Below the pieces are notes generated by a model. The model did no database searches. It was not told where the DNA came from and worked only from the letters and a program-made list of their open reading frames with translations. Source: Chiloscyllium plagiosum (Eukaryota). Taken from it: a stretch of DNA of 28,414 nt. Position numbers and translations under genes: made by a program. Location of the stretch: assembly GCF_004010195.1 (NCBI RefSeq), contig NC_057719.1, positions 68,351,873 to 68,380,286 on the forward strand, read 5' to 3'. This document shows positions 10,821 to 21,489 of this stretch, one piece after another (within the stretch, counting starts at the first letter, position 1; each line of letters begins with the position of its first letter).

Positions 10821-12194
10821 AGACTTCCCATGGGAGATTGGTTAGCAAGTATTGATCACATGGAATACAGGGAGAAGTAGCTATTTGGATACAGGACTGG
10901 CTCAAAGGTAGAAGACAGAGGGTAGTGGAGGTTTGCTTTTCAGACTGGGGGCCTTTGACCAGTGGTGTGCCCCAAGGATCGGTGCTGAGTCCATTGCTTT
11001 TTGTCATTTTCTAAATGATTTGGATCTGAACATAGGAAGTTTAGTTAGTAAATTTGCAGATGACACCAAAATTGGAGGTGCAGTGGACAGAGAAGGTGGT
11101 TACCTCAGTGTATAACAGGATCTTGATCAGATGGGCCAATGGGCTGAGGACTGGCAGATGGAGTTTAGTTTAAGTAAATGTGAGGTACTGCATTTTGAAA
11201 AGGCAATTCAGGGCAGGACTTATGCACTTAATGGGAAGGTCCTGGGATGTGTTGCTGAGCAAAGAGTCCCTGGAGTGTAGGTCCATAGTTCATTGAAAGT
11301 AGAGTCGCAGGTAAGTAGGATAGTGAAATAGGCGTTTGGTATGCTTTCCTTTATTGGTCAGAGCTTTGAGTATAGGAGTTGCGAGGTCATGTTGCGGCTG
11401 TACAGGACATTGGTTCGGCCACTATTGGAATATTGTGGGCAATTCTGGTCTCCTTCCTATCGGAAAGATGTTGTGAAACTTGCAAGGGTTCAGAAAAGAT
11501 TTACAAGGATGTTGCCAGGGTTGGAGGATTTGAGCTTTAGGGAGAGGCTGCATTGGCTCAGGATGTTTTCCCTGGAGTGTTAGAGGCTGAGGTGTGACCT
11601 TATAGAAGTCTATAAAATCAAGAGGGGAATGGATAGGGTAAATAGACAGGGTATTTTCCTGGGGTGGGAGAGTCCAGAACTAGAGGGCAGGTGTTTAGGG
11701 TGAGAGGGAAAAGATTTAAAAGGGACCGAAGGGGCAACTGTTTCATGTAGAGGGTGGTATGTGTATGGAATGAGCTGCCAGAGGAAGTGGTGGAGGCTGG
11801 TACAATGACAGCATTTAAAAGGCATCTGGTTGGGTATATGAATAGGAAGGGTTTAGAAGGATATGAGTCAAATGCTGGCAAATGGGACTAGATTAGGTTG
11901 TTATATCTGGTCGGCATGGACAAGTTGGACAAAAGGGTCTGTTTCCAGGGAGATTCTTTACAAAGAGAGTGGTGAGTGCGTGGAAAACACTGCCAGCAGT
12001 GATAGTAGAGTCAGATAAATTAGGGAGATTTAAACAACTCTTGGATAGTCACATGGATGATAGTACATGATAGGGTATGTCAGTTAGCCTGATTTTAGAG
12101 AGGGATAAAAGGCTGGCACCACATCGAGGGCTGAAGGACCTTTACTGTAGTGTACTATTCTATGTTCTATGTCTTACATATCTATGACTCTATG
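10821..12194 (+). mobile_element. CR1/HER1-type LINE fragment (RT to 3' tail) with a nested insertion in its tail
   Basis: GVPQGSVL, SKFADDTKIGG, LYRTLVRPLLEYCGQFWSP; tail split into GGGTCTGTTTCCA (to 11947) and TACATATCTATGACTCTATG (12175-12194); candidate TSD AATCTCTGTCTCT (10805-10817) / AATCGCTGTCTCT (12205-12217). Confidence 0.92.
11948..12172 (+). mobile_element. 3' end of a different CR1 subfamily inserted into the tail of the preceding CR1
   Basis: Reads FFTKRVVSAWKTLPAVIVES..LGRFKQLLDSHMD, then GAGGGCTGAAGGACCT and a TTCTATG repeat tail. Confidence 0.8.
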
Positions 12195-12199
12195 ATTTC

Positions 12200-12596
12200 A
12201 ACTGAATCGCTGTCTCTTATGCATACACATGCGCGTGTACACATACACACACGCATACACACCCTCTCTCTCGCAAACACTGTCTCTCACATTTTCTTTG
12301 CACTTACTCTTCCTTTATAGCACACACTATTTCTCTTTTTCACCAAGTTCTTTGTTGCAATATCCCTGTTCACTCTCGCACGTATTTTCTTCTAAGTGCA
12401 TTTTTTCCTGCACTCTCTTAATTTCTCTCTGTGTCCATGTCTCCCTTTCACACATGCACTCTTTCTCATAATCAGCCTCCCATCCAAAGCTGTTTTTCAC
12501 TCTTTCTCACTCATTTTGTCTAACACACAATCTCTCTGTACAGCCTCTCTTATTCACAATCTGACATGTGCTCAATCTTTCTCTCATTCTCTCTCG
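12200..12596. repeat. Degenerate CT/CA-rich low-complexity tract, part 2
   Basis: Same composition as 9465-10819. Confidence 0.85.
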
Positions 12597-12597
12597 G

Positions 12598-13435
12598 AAG
12601 CATAGAAACATCGAAAATAGGTGCAGGAATAGGCCATTTGACCCTTCAAGCCTGCACCACCATTCACTATGATCATTGGAGATCATGAAATCTCAGTATG
12701 CCATTCCTCGATAGCCCTTGATCCTTTTAGCTGCAAACGCCACGTCCAGATCCTCTTTGAATGCATCTATTTAACTTCCAACAGCTTCCTGTGAGAGAGA
12801 ATTCCACAGGTTCACAGCTCTCTGAGTGAAGAATTCTCCCTCATCACTATCCTGAGTGGAATATCCCTTATCCTTAGACTGTGATCCCTCATTCTGGACT
12901 GCCAACATAGCCTGTCCAATCCCATCAAAGCTTTTCACTCTGCCTCGGTACACGTGACAATAAATTCAATTCAATTCACTTCTATGTTTCTATGAGATTC
13001 CCCAGGCATTCTTCTAAATCTCAATGAATACAAAATCCAGTCAAGCCAATCTTCCCTCATATGTCAGTCCTGCCATCCTGGGAATCAGTCGAGTGGGCCT
13101 TTGCTGGATTTCCTCAACAGAAAGAATTTCCTTCCTCAGACTAGGAGACCAAAACTGTACACAATATTCAATGTGTGTTCTCACCAAAGCCCTGTATAAC
13201 TGCAGCAAGACATCCTTACTCCAATACTCAAATCCTCTCGCTATGAAAGCCAGCTTGCCATTAGCTTTTCTCACCACCTGCTGCTCCTGCATGCCAACCT
13301 TCAGTGACTGTTCCACCATGACACTCAGGCCTTGTTGCACCTCACCTTTTCCAAAATTGTCCCCCATTCAAAGAATAGTCTGCCTTCCTGTTTTTGTGGT
13401 CACATTGCATGAGGTCACATTGCACTTGTCAAGTT
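12598..13435 (-). mobile_element. CR1-type LINE 3' fragment
   Basis: - strand ORFs LLQLYRALVRTHIEYCVQFWSPSLRKEIL and FFTQRAVNLWNSLSQEAV; TTTCTATG-type tail at ~12600. Confidence 0.9.
12926..12978 (+). mobile_element. Very short LINE 3' tail (Rex1-like) nested antisense in CR1
   Basis: AAAGCTTTTCACT..CCTCGGTACACGTGACAATAAA + (ATTCA)n; interrupts the CR1 sequence. Family assignment from memory. Confidence 0.55.
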
Positions 13436-14140
13436 TGCTCTCTCTGTCTCTCCTCTTCTTATACACCCACTCTCTCTCGCTTAAACACTCTCACACTCTC
13501 ACTCTTATATGCTCTTTCTCACGCAAACTGTCTCTCACACCCTCTCTCAGTCTCCCTTGCATCCACTCTTTCACTTTCTTTCTTATTCTGTCTCTTGTTT
13601 TCGACCTCTGTTGCTCTTGAGCTCTCTAGCTCTTGATTTTTCTCTCATCTCTCACACACTCTCTCCATCTCGTACATGCATTCTTTCACACACTTTCCAG
13701 CATACTTTTTTTCTCAGAAGCATTTTCTCCTCCAGTCACTCAATCTTTCTCTCGCAGTCACTCAATCTTTATCTCTCCGACATGATCTCTCTCTGTCTGT
13801 CACAGGATATCTCGATCTCACATGATATCTGCCTCATTTGAACCCCCTCAGCCAGCTCACAGTCTCACATGTTGATTCTCTCTCTCTTTCACATGTTCTC
13901 TCTTGTACATGCTGTTTTCTTCTTCTGTGCATTCTGTCTCTCTTTCACAAGCACACTCTCACATGAGCACCTGCCCTTTTGCACACATTCTCTGACAAAT
14001 GCACACTGTCTGGCACTTTCTCTCTGTGGTAACAGCTCTTCCTCCATGCTTCATGCACTCCCCTTTTTGCACAGACTCTCTCGCTGTCTGTGACAATGTC
14101 ACATACACAAACTCTTCTTCCTCTCTCTCTCTCTCTCTCA
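13436..14140. repeat. Degenerate CT/CA-rich low-complexity tract, part 3, ending in a (CT)n run
   Basis: Same composition; pure CT run at ~14121-14139. Confidence 0.85.
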
Positions 14141-15970
14141 TGACTGACTTGCTGGTTCCTGGCTCTCAAGAAAAAGAGAATCCTTTACTTATATCTCAGT
14201 AGTGATGAGTGTGGGTTCTTCAACTATATCTTTCATAGCACTCTAGTACTCTAACCCAGGCTGGTTCACATATGTATCTCAACCCATTGGCACACACAAG
14301 CACCTTCTCCCATGAACATACACAGACTCGGGTCAAACGGTATTTAACTCTTGTTCTTGGGTATTCTTGAAAGGGGCAGACACAAAACATGTCTTTCACC
14401 CAGACTGCTGTGTTTTCATCCCATCTAACTGTCTGAGATAACTCTCACAAGATCACAGTTCAGTTTACGGGGCATCTTCCCCCCTTTAGCTACCTTGATA
14501 TCTCATCAGGTATGATCTTCCAACATATCTTTCTCTCCAGACAGATATATAACTTACATTTGGGGTCATTTTGGCTGTCTCAGTCCTCTTTTAAAAAAAA
14601 GCACGTATTGGAATTAAACTTTGATAAGTGTGAAGGTGATCTGGGGTCACATGCAGAGTGCACAAAATAAAATTTGCGCTGTTGCACGAGTTGAGACTGA
14701 TCACACTGTTGTGTTGTGCGTTTGCTGCTTGCATCACAATGGTAAGCTTTGCAGAACTCATTGACAGAGTGTGTCAAGATTCACCGTGGTCTATTGCATT
14801 CTAAACAACTTGCTATTATGAGGGTATGGCCTTTGTCAACCCTCGAGGGAAAGGCAATGGCACCCAACACAACTGCTGTCTAGCTGAGCTGTCAGTGATT
14901 GACTCCTCTTAACTGAGCTTCCACTGCATGTCACCCCAATTCCCCATACAGCAATGTTGTCAGAGCTTAGCATCTCACTGTCACATTGTGCATTCTGACA
15001 CAATGCAAAGTTAGCAGTCAACACAAAACAATTGATAAATCAGATATGTTCATGTTGCATGCAAAGATTAATCATTCTTGTGTATTCCCTTCCTTTCCAG
15101 TCCTCAATATGTCTTTGCCTATCCGGAAATCCCACACAGTGGCTGCAGTGTAGCTGCTGATCTTCAGCAGAGGGGTTTGCAGAAAGCTTTGGCAGGATGG
15201 ATCTAGAGCAGCTATGGTCTGATATTTGACTCTGATCTCCAACAGCTTGGCAAGGCCAGCAGCTGCCTGCACTGGCTGAAGGACAACAGCAGGGGCTCTA
15301 GCTCTGAAGTGGTGGGAGGATGAATGCTTCACCTGGACAGAAGTTGCAAGTTCCGGGAAACCAAAGTCACCATTTGAGGGCAGCACCTCAGCAATCCTGG
15401 CCATGTGTTGGAGAAAATATTGCTGGACCCCTGTGACACCTTGAGAGCTCTAATTGAACTCTTGAATTCACAGTTGTGATGGATAAGCCTTCATGGCACT
15501 AAGTTGGACTTGTTTCACAACACAGTCTGTGGAAAGCCCTCTGTCAAGTTAATGCCAGGTTTCAACATGCTCCTTGATATTGGTGGGCTTATCAATGAAC
15601 CAAGTATTTCATTTTGCATACTCAGCAGCCTCACTCTCTAGCTTGCTGGTCCAAGAGTCTACCTAGATTCCCTGCAACAGAACTCATGACTCCTTACCTT
15701 CAGGGGAGCTGGTATCACACTTATTCCCTCCCCTGGCTGCAGAGATCTGACACTTCAATCTTCCCTCCTGAAGTACCACCTCAAAGCTTTGTCCTTTAGA
15801 GTTTGCACAGCATCAGTGTCCAAGCTGGGAGCTGCCAGTGTAAGAAAGTGAAGAGGTTTCTTCATTCTTGTCTTCCTGGTCTTCCCCTACTGCTCTGTTG
15901 GTCCTACACTGTAGTTTCTCATTTTAAAGAAGATATTAAAATATTAATTCAAACAAAATAGAACTGAGAA

Positions 15971-16211
15971 TGTAGTGATGTATGTAGAAAGGAGGTCAGC
16001 TAGGTGGACCTCATACAATATAAATTCCCTAATTGAGGCCATTAATCTGTTCCAATCGGGGTGTTCAAGCTGACAGATATAAGTAAGAATGTCAGAGGTT
16101 CTGTTCACTCTGAGAGCTGACTCTGAGGAAGCCAGATTCATGTCAAGTACTATGCACGTGTAAATAAAGGGTGATTTGATGATGGGATGCAGCCTCTGTG
16201 GAGTTAATTTA
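15971..16211 (+). mobile_element. Probable solo LTR (~240 bp)
   Basis: Starts TGT, ends TTTA (decayed CA); CCAAT 16052-16056, TATAA 16078-16082 and AATAAA 16163-16168 in U3-R-U5 order; near-match 5-bp flanks GAGAA (15966-15970) / GAGTA (16212-16216). Confidence 0.6.
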
Positions 16212-19200
16212 GAGTACAGTCAACATTAATGAACCATTTGCAACAAAATGGTCTTTATGAGTAGCCCCTGAAATGAATGTGACTTCAGATGGCTTTGGGC
16301 ACTTAGCATACTTAGAAAATAAAACAAGAAGGAAGACTGGCATTTTGTTGCAATTGTTTGGAGATGTACGAAAAAACCTTATGCTGTGCATTGAGTTTCA
16401 GATGCAATTTATTAGAAAATGCATATGAATACAATAGAATAGAGTGTCATGACAACCTGTTCTCCATAATAATTTCTATTCTCAGATTATAAAATTTACT
16501 ATCTCTTCATTTGCAATGGAATGTGTTCAATTGAACTTTGTAATCCTAATCTGCAGTGAGATAAGTTAATAACAATCTGCTGAGTGCACTTGGTAAATTA
16601 AATATATTTTCTTTTGCAATTCTTTGACATAAGATTAGTCCTGGGTTTTCATTCTTTATCACAGAAGTTGTGCGACAGTTATACAATCTAGCAGCCTGAG
16701 AAAGACAATTGAATATGCAGAGCTGTCGAATTAAAGTGATTCACAGTGTCAGAATTCTGACCTAGAAGACTGTTTGCCAGTAGCAAATCTGCAGCCCTTT
16801 CTTTTCACTCTGAATAGAATAGTGGCTTAAGTACGCCAATGATACACTCTGACACACTTCACACTTCATGTAGGACACAACAGAAAGACATTATGAAGTA
16901 AAAGAAAGAGGGTTATAAATGTGGAGCCTCTGGCATTGGATAGTAAACCTCTATGCTTCAACCATGCAATTGTTAAGATGATTTTTTTTGTAGGCTATTT
17001 CATAATTATGTGACCAGACAAAACTACGATAATGGTGGCACCATTCTTCCGAGCATATCTCTGTAGTTTTTTGTATTAGTGCTAATATATGTGTATACTC
17101 ATGCTGATAAGAGTGGTGACAGAAAAGTAACTGACAGCTGCGGACTTCAGAAATGAATTGGATAAAAGAATCTTTTTTTTGCCCCTCTGCCACATCAGAC
17201 ACTAGAGTGCATGTCTGTTCTCTGCATGCCAGATTCTACTCTAACAGAGTTGGGCAGAAGCCGCTTATTCATCTTCTAGAAAAGGCCCATCAAAGATCCC
17301 TAGACACAAGCAGATTGTTTCTTTGCATAAAGAAACAGAGCCAAAATCTTTGGGAATATCAGAACTTTGCTGATAGGATTTGTAGTAAAGCTAGAAGTAA
17401 TAGAATTCCTTTCCTTTAATGTTCATGATGTTGAGGACAGAAGACATAATCATCAACTGTTTTTCCTTTAAGAAGTATTTTTCTGTGCACATCGTGGTAA
17501 TTATCTATGTTGTTTAAAGCTAGTTTGACTGTTTTCTATATCCTGTATATTGAGCTTTTTAAAACCCCTGAATGTTAAGTTATTGAGGTTATTTAAAAAG
17601 AGAAACTTTAAAATGTTACTACATTCCTGAAATAAATCTCTTATTAATGTAATCTGAGTTTTTCTTTCATGTTTTTAGTCAAAGCAATGCAACCGTTTTA
17701 AAATGAGCATTGAAAATGGATTTATGTGTATAACTCTGAATGCTACGACTGATCAGTACGATTGAGATGTCATAATAAATTATATTTAAAAATCCAATCT
17801 GTGTACAGTTCAGGTTTAGTTTAAAATAGGATGCCTCCATTGGAATTTCGTTAATTTTGAAAATTTAATCCCAAACCAGCTCTATGATTTTTTTTTCACC
17901 AGTAATTTAAAAATGTACTGAACAAAAAAAGCATAGCTCTTGATGTTGCCTTTTAACATTCAAAGGTCATTTACATTTTATTGCTGTAATTTATCTGTCT
18001 AGATTCATATTTGGCAAGGATGCAAGGGTGGCCGTTTAAAACAAAACTCATTGCAAATATGTGATCTGAAAACAGTTAAGAACTTCAGTAATCAGTGGAA
18101 CAAAGGGGCCCAAAGGTGTGTCAGACAGTTTTCATGAGAATATCTGAGCAGCTAAGCATGGCAGCTTTCAAATGGATCCTATTTGTATCGGTGAACTTTT
18201 CAGGTCAGTCTGACTGAGCTGTCGCTGTCTGATTGCATCAGGCTGTAGTGTCACAATGTCTGGGCGCCATTTCTGAGACAAATGTATTCACAGGTTGCGA
18301 GAAGTTACTGTATGGCAAAGTTTGGAGGTCATGACTGCCTTTTAAAACCCTGCTAAACTATGGAGACCAGTGGCAAATTAGCGATGAATTACATAGGAGT
18401 GATGTGGGAGATTTGAACACAGCTGTGACAGTGCTCCATAATAGAACGTAGGGTTCGAATGCTGCTTTTAGAGCATGCTGAGTGCCTGGAGCAGCCTTGC
18501 TAAGTGCAACCTTTTGTAAACACTTCAATCTAGTCAATACTCAACAGTAATCTTAACATTTATTCAAATAGTTTGTCATTTTATCGATCTGATTTTGTTT
18601 ACTCTTTGGAAGCCCGTGAAATACCTGCGAAATCAAAAGGTGAAAATATCCTGCAGTCACAAAATCTTCATAGAGGAGAATAATGGAAGGTTTTAAATTG
18701 TTTAATGCCCTTGCAACATTACAATTGTTTTGAAAGTCAGGCCTCATCTTCTTTTGAAAGGAGTGAAAGAACACAAAATGCTGTCAATATTCTTTCAGAA
18801 CAGGACCCCCAAATGGGAAACCCAGGCCATGTTAAAAATGAGGCAAGAAAATACAGAGCATAGAGTAAGAATTATTTCTGCTGAACCAATTCACTTTAAA
18901 ATTTTAAAGCTGGTGGCTCTACCAAAAGAAAAACCAATAATCATTCACAAAATGCTGCTGATTAAGGGGTGCTCCTCTGTGCCTTTCTGATATTAAGTTT
19001 AAAGAAAAATCACAAGGTAGGCTTCACATAATAGAAGCAATCTTTAAAGGTTGTGACGGAATTGAAGCATTGACCATTTTCAGAAGCAATCATGGCAAAT
19101 CCTCTGAATTGTTCTCTTCAAACCATTGGTCAAGATTTTATTGACAGCCAGCTGACAACGTACGAGGTGAGGTTTGCCTGGTAAAATCTGGTGTGATGAG

Positions 19201-20289
19201 CTGGGATGGCTGCCCAATGCAGTCCAAATGCTGGATCACTTTACGATTGGTGCAAACACTTGTACTAGTATGTTGGTATTCACCTCAGATATAGGAATGC
19301 TATTGGCCTCCCAGCATCTTACTTGGGGTGGGATTGGGAGCGATTGTATCTGGAGGCACCACGGTCCATGTTAAGGTCCCTTAGAGGCATGGAGCATCCT
19401 AACTGCCACTGGAGACTTCCTTTGCGCTAGGAAATGTGCTAACACCTCTTTGAGGGAGTTTCTCCCATTCTTCGTCAGCTTCGGCATTGGCTACCTGTCT
19501 CAATGATGCTGCCAAGGTGGTAGTACTGCTGTCAGCCTGTTTAGTCAGTAGCACAAAGAACTATCTCATGACCCTTAATTATCTATTGAGCAGCCACAGC
19601 CAGGAACCACAGTTCTTTGGCCAAATCTTACTCTGGGATTCACACTCTGCTGGCGAAACCCTGAATAAAGTCTCTTGTTAAGTCTCCACCAGGCCTAAAT
19701 ATTTATGGTCTTAGTTATATTTCACCTCACATGGAGTTAGTTATGTTAACTACATCCAGAGGTAAATTCCAGATAACTATTCTGAGAATACTCAGATGAT
19801 TAAGCAATTGATTGTGGATTTCTATCAAGTATAAAAAACAACAGAATGTTGAGGCTTTGACTTTTATTTCCCTCAGCATCTGTTGCTGATCTCTAGAAAG
19901 AAAGTAGACAAATAGGTAGGATGCTCCTTTGTAGGGAGATGTACATCTCTTTGTTTATAAACTAAGAGAGTTGAACTCACAGTGTGAACTTTGAAAGGCC
20001 ATCAAAAGTGTCCCAATTTATTTTCCCAAATGTTATTGAATTAATTTTTTTAAATTCACTTGTTTGGACATATTATGACACTCCTCTGAGACAAGTCGAA
20101 CTTGATTAGCTGCTGTGGATAACAAATAAGCAATTGATTGTAGACAATACCTTGACATCTATGTGAAAGACTTTTACAGATAACTGAGATGTTACAGTGA
20201 AGGTAATACACAAGTAATGTACAAGTTTCCTAGATTATGTCATTTGTTTACGATAGTTCAAGCAGGTGGTTTACTACCACTTTATGAAA

Positions 20290-20356
20290 GGAATTAAGAA
20301 TTGGCAATAAATGCTGGCCTTGTAAGTAATCTACACTTCCTGTGAATGAATAAATT
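20290..20356 (+). mobile_element. Isolated 3' tail of the CR1/L2-group LINE or its SINE
   Basis: AATTAAGAATTGGCAATAAATGCTGGCCTTG...CCTGTGAATGAATAAA matches the tails at ~3578-3645 and ~4555-4615. Confidence 0.65.
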
Positions 20357-20554
20357 ATCAGAAAATGTGAAATATCTTTATTTGGTATTCTTTCTACAAG
20401 CTGCTCTGTCAATGTATGTCTGACTCAGTGACAATGTCCATTTGCTATTTGATTTTTTTTTGAAAAGTCAATTAAATTGAAGATCTTAACATTTTTTTTC
20501 CCATTGGGATTTATGGAAAAAAAAGTATTCCACAGGAAATTCAATTTTTAAGGA

Positions 20555-20846
20555 CAAAAATTGCTGGAAAAGCTCAGCAGGTCTGGCAGCTTCTGTGGAG
20601 AGAGATCAGAGTTAATTCCGTTCTGAGGAAGGATCACTGAACCTGAAACATGAACTCTGATTTCTCTCCACAGATGCTGCCCAACCTCCTGTAGAGAGAA
20701 ATCAGAGTTAATGTTTCCAGGTCAGTGATCCTTCCTAAGAACGGAATTAACTCTGAGTTTTCTCCACAGATGCTGGCAGACCTGCTGGGCTTTTCCAGCA
20801 ATTTGTGTTTTTGCTCCTGATTTCCAGCATCCGCAGTTATTTCGGT
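20555..20846 (+). mobile_element. Doubly inverted Penelope-like fold-back element
   Basis: ~120-bp arms 20554-20673 and 20689-20808, each with an internal inversion; decayed hammerhead GTT-CTGAGGA-AGGATC..ACCT-GAAAC at 20620-20656; 3' TCCAGCATCCGCAGT; exact 15-bp TSD TTCAATTTTTAAGGA at 20540-20554 and 20847-20861. Confidence 0.85.
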
Positions 20847-20879
20847 TTCAATTTTTAAGGAATTGTTTTAACAAGACAG

Positions 20880-21460
20880 GGGAAGATGTTGACATAATAG
20901 TAAGGTCACTGGGCCAGTAATCCAGAGGAACAAAAACAGAAATTACTGGAGAAACTCAACAGATCTGGCAGCATCTGTGGAGAGAAAACAGAGTTGATGT
21001 TTCGGGTCCAGTGAACCTTCTTCAGAGCTAGTTCTGAACAAATCCAAAATAACAACATTGCTTTCTCGCCTCGGGAGCTGCCTGACCTACAATTTCGGTT
21101 TTGGTTTCAGATTTTGTGCATCTGCAGTTCTTTCGTGTATCTTAGTAATCCAGAAACCCAAGATAATGCCCTGGGGTATGGGTTCACATCTCAGAATGGT
21201 ATTTTGGTGCAATTTAAATTCCAACAATAAATCTGAAATTTAAACCTAACATTGGTAATGAAATCATGAAACTATCATCAACTGTTGTAAAAACCCAGTT
21301 GGCTTACTAATGCTCTTTAAGAAATGTGCCCCATGTGTGATTCCAGGTTGACATTTAATCATGGTTGACACATAATTGGCCTTTAAAATGACCAAAAAAG
21401 CTAATCAATCCAACAGCATTTAGAGTTGGCAATGAATTCTGGCCTTCGCATGAAAAATAA
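20880..21460 (+). mobile_element. Decayed tRNA-derived SINE sharing its tail with the 570-3648 LINE, split by an insertion
   Basis: tRNA-like head TGACATAATAGTAAGGTCACTGGGCCAGTAATCCAGA...GGTTCACATCTC, body CATGAAACTATCATCAACTGTTGTAAAAACCCA, tail GCATTTAGAGTTGGCAATGAATTCTGGCCTT. Confidence 0.65.
20927..21143 (+). mobile_element. Penelope-like fold-back element with a partly deleted right arm, inserted in the SINE head
   Basis: 11-bp TSD AGTAATCCAGA at 20916-20926 and 21144-21154; - strand core CTGAAGA-AGGTTC-ACTG-GACCC-GAAAC-ATC at ~20996-21025; centre TTCAGAGC-TA-GTTCTGAA; 3' GCATCTGCAGT. Confidence 0.75.
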
Positions 21461-21489
21461 TCAAATCATTGAAGAAGTTCCTGGCTGAT

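Noticed and set aside
2289..21143. Inverted-repeat elements as MITEs or pre-miRNAs
   Set aside because: The arms are not terminal (a unique 3' tail extends past one arm), TSDs are 11-15 bp, and hammerhead cores are present, all pointing to retroposition.
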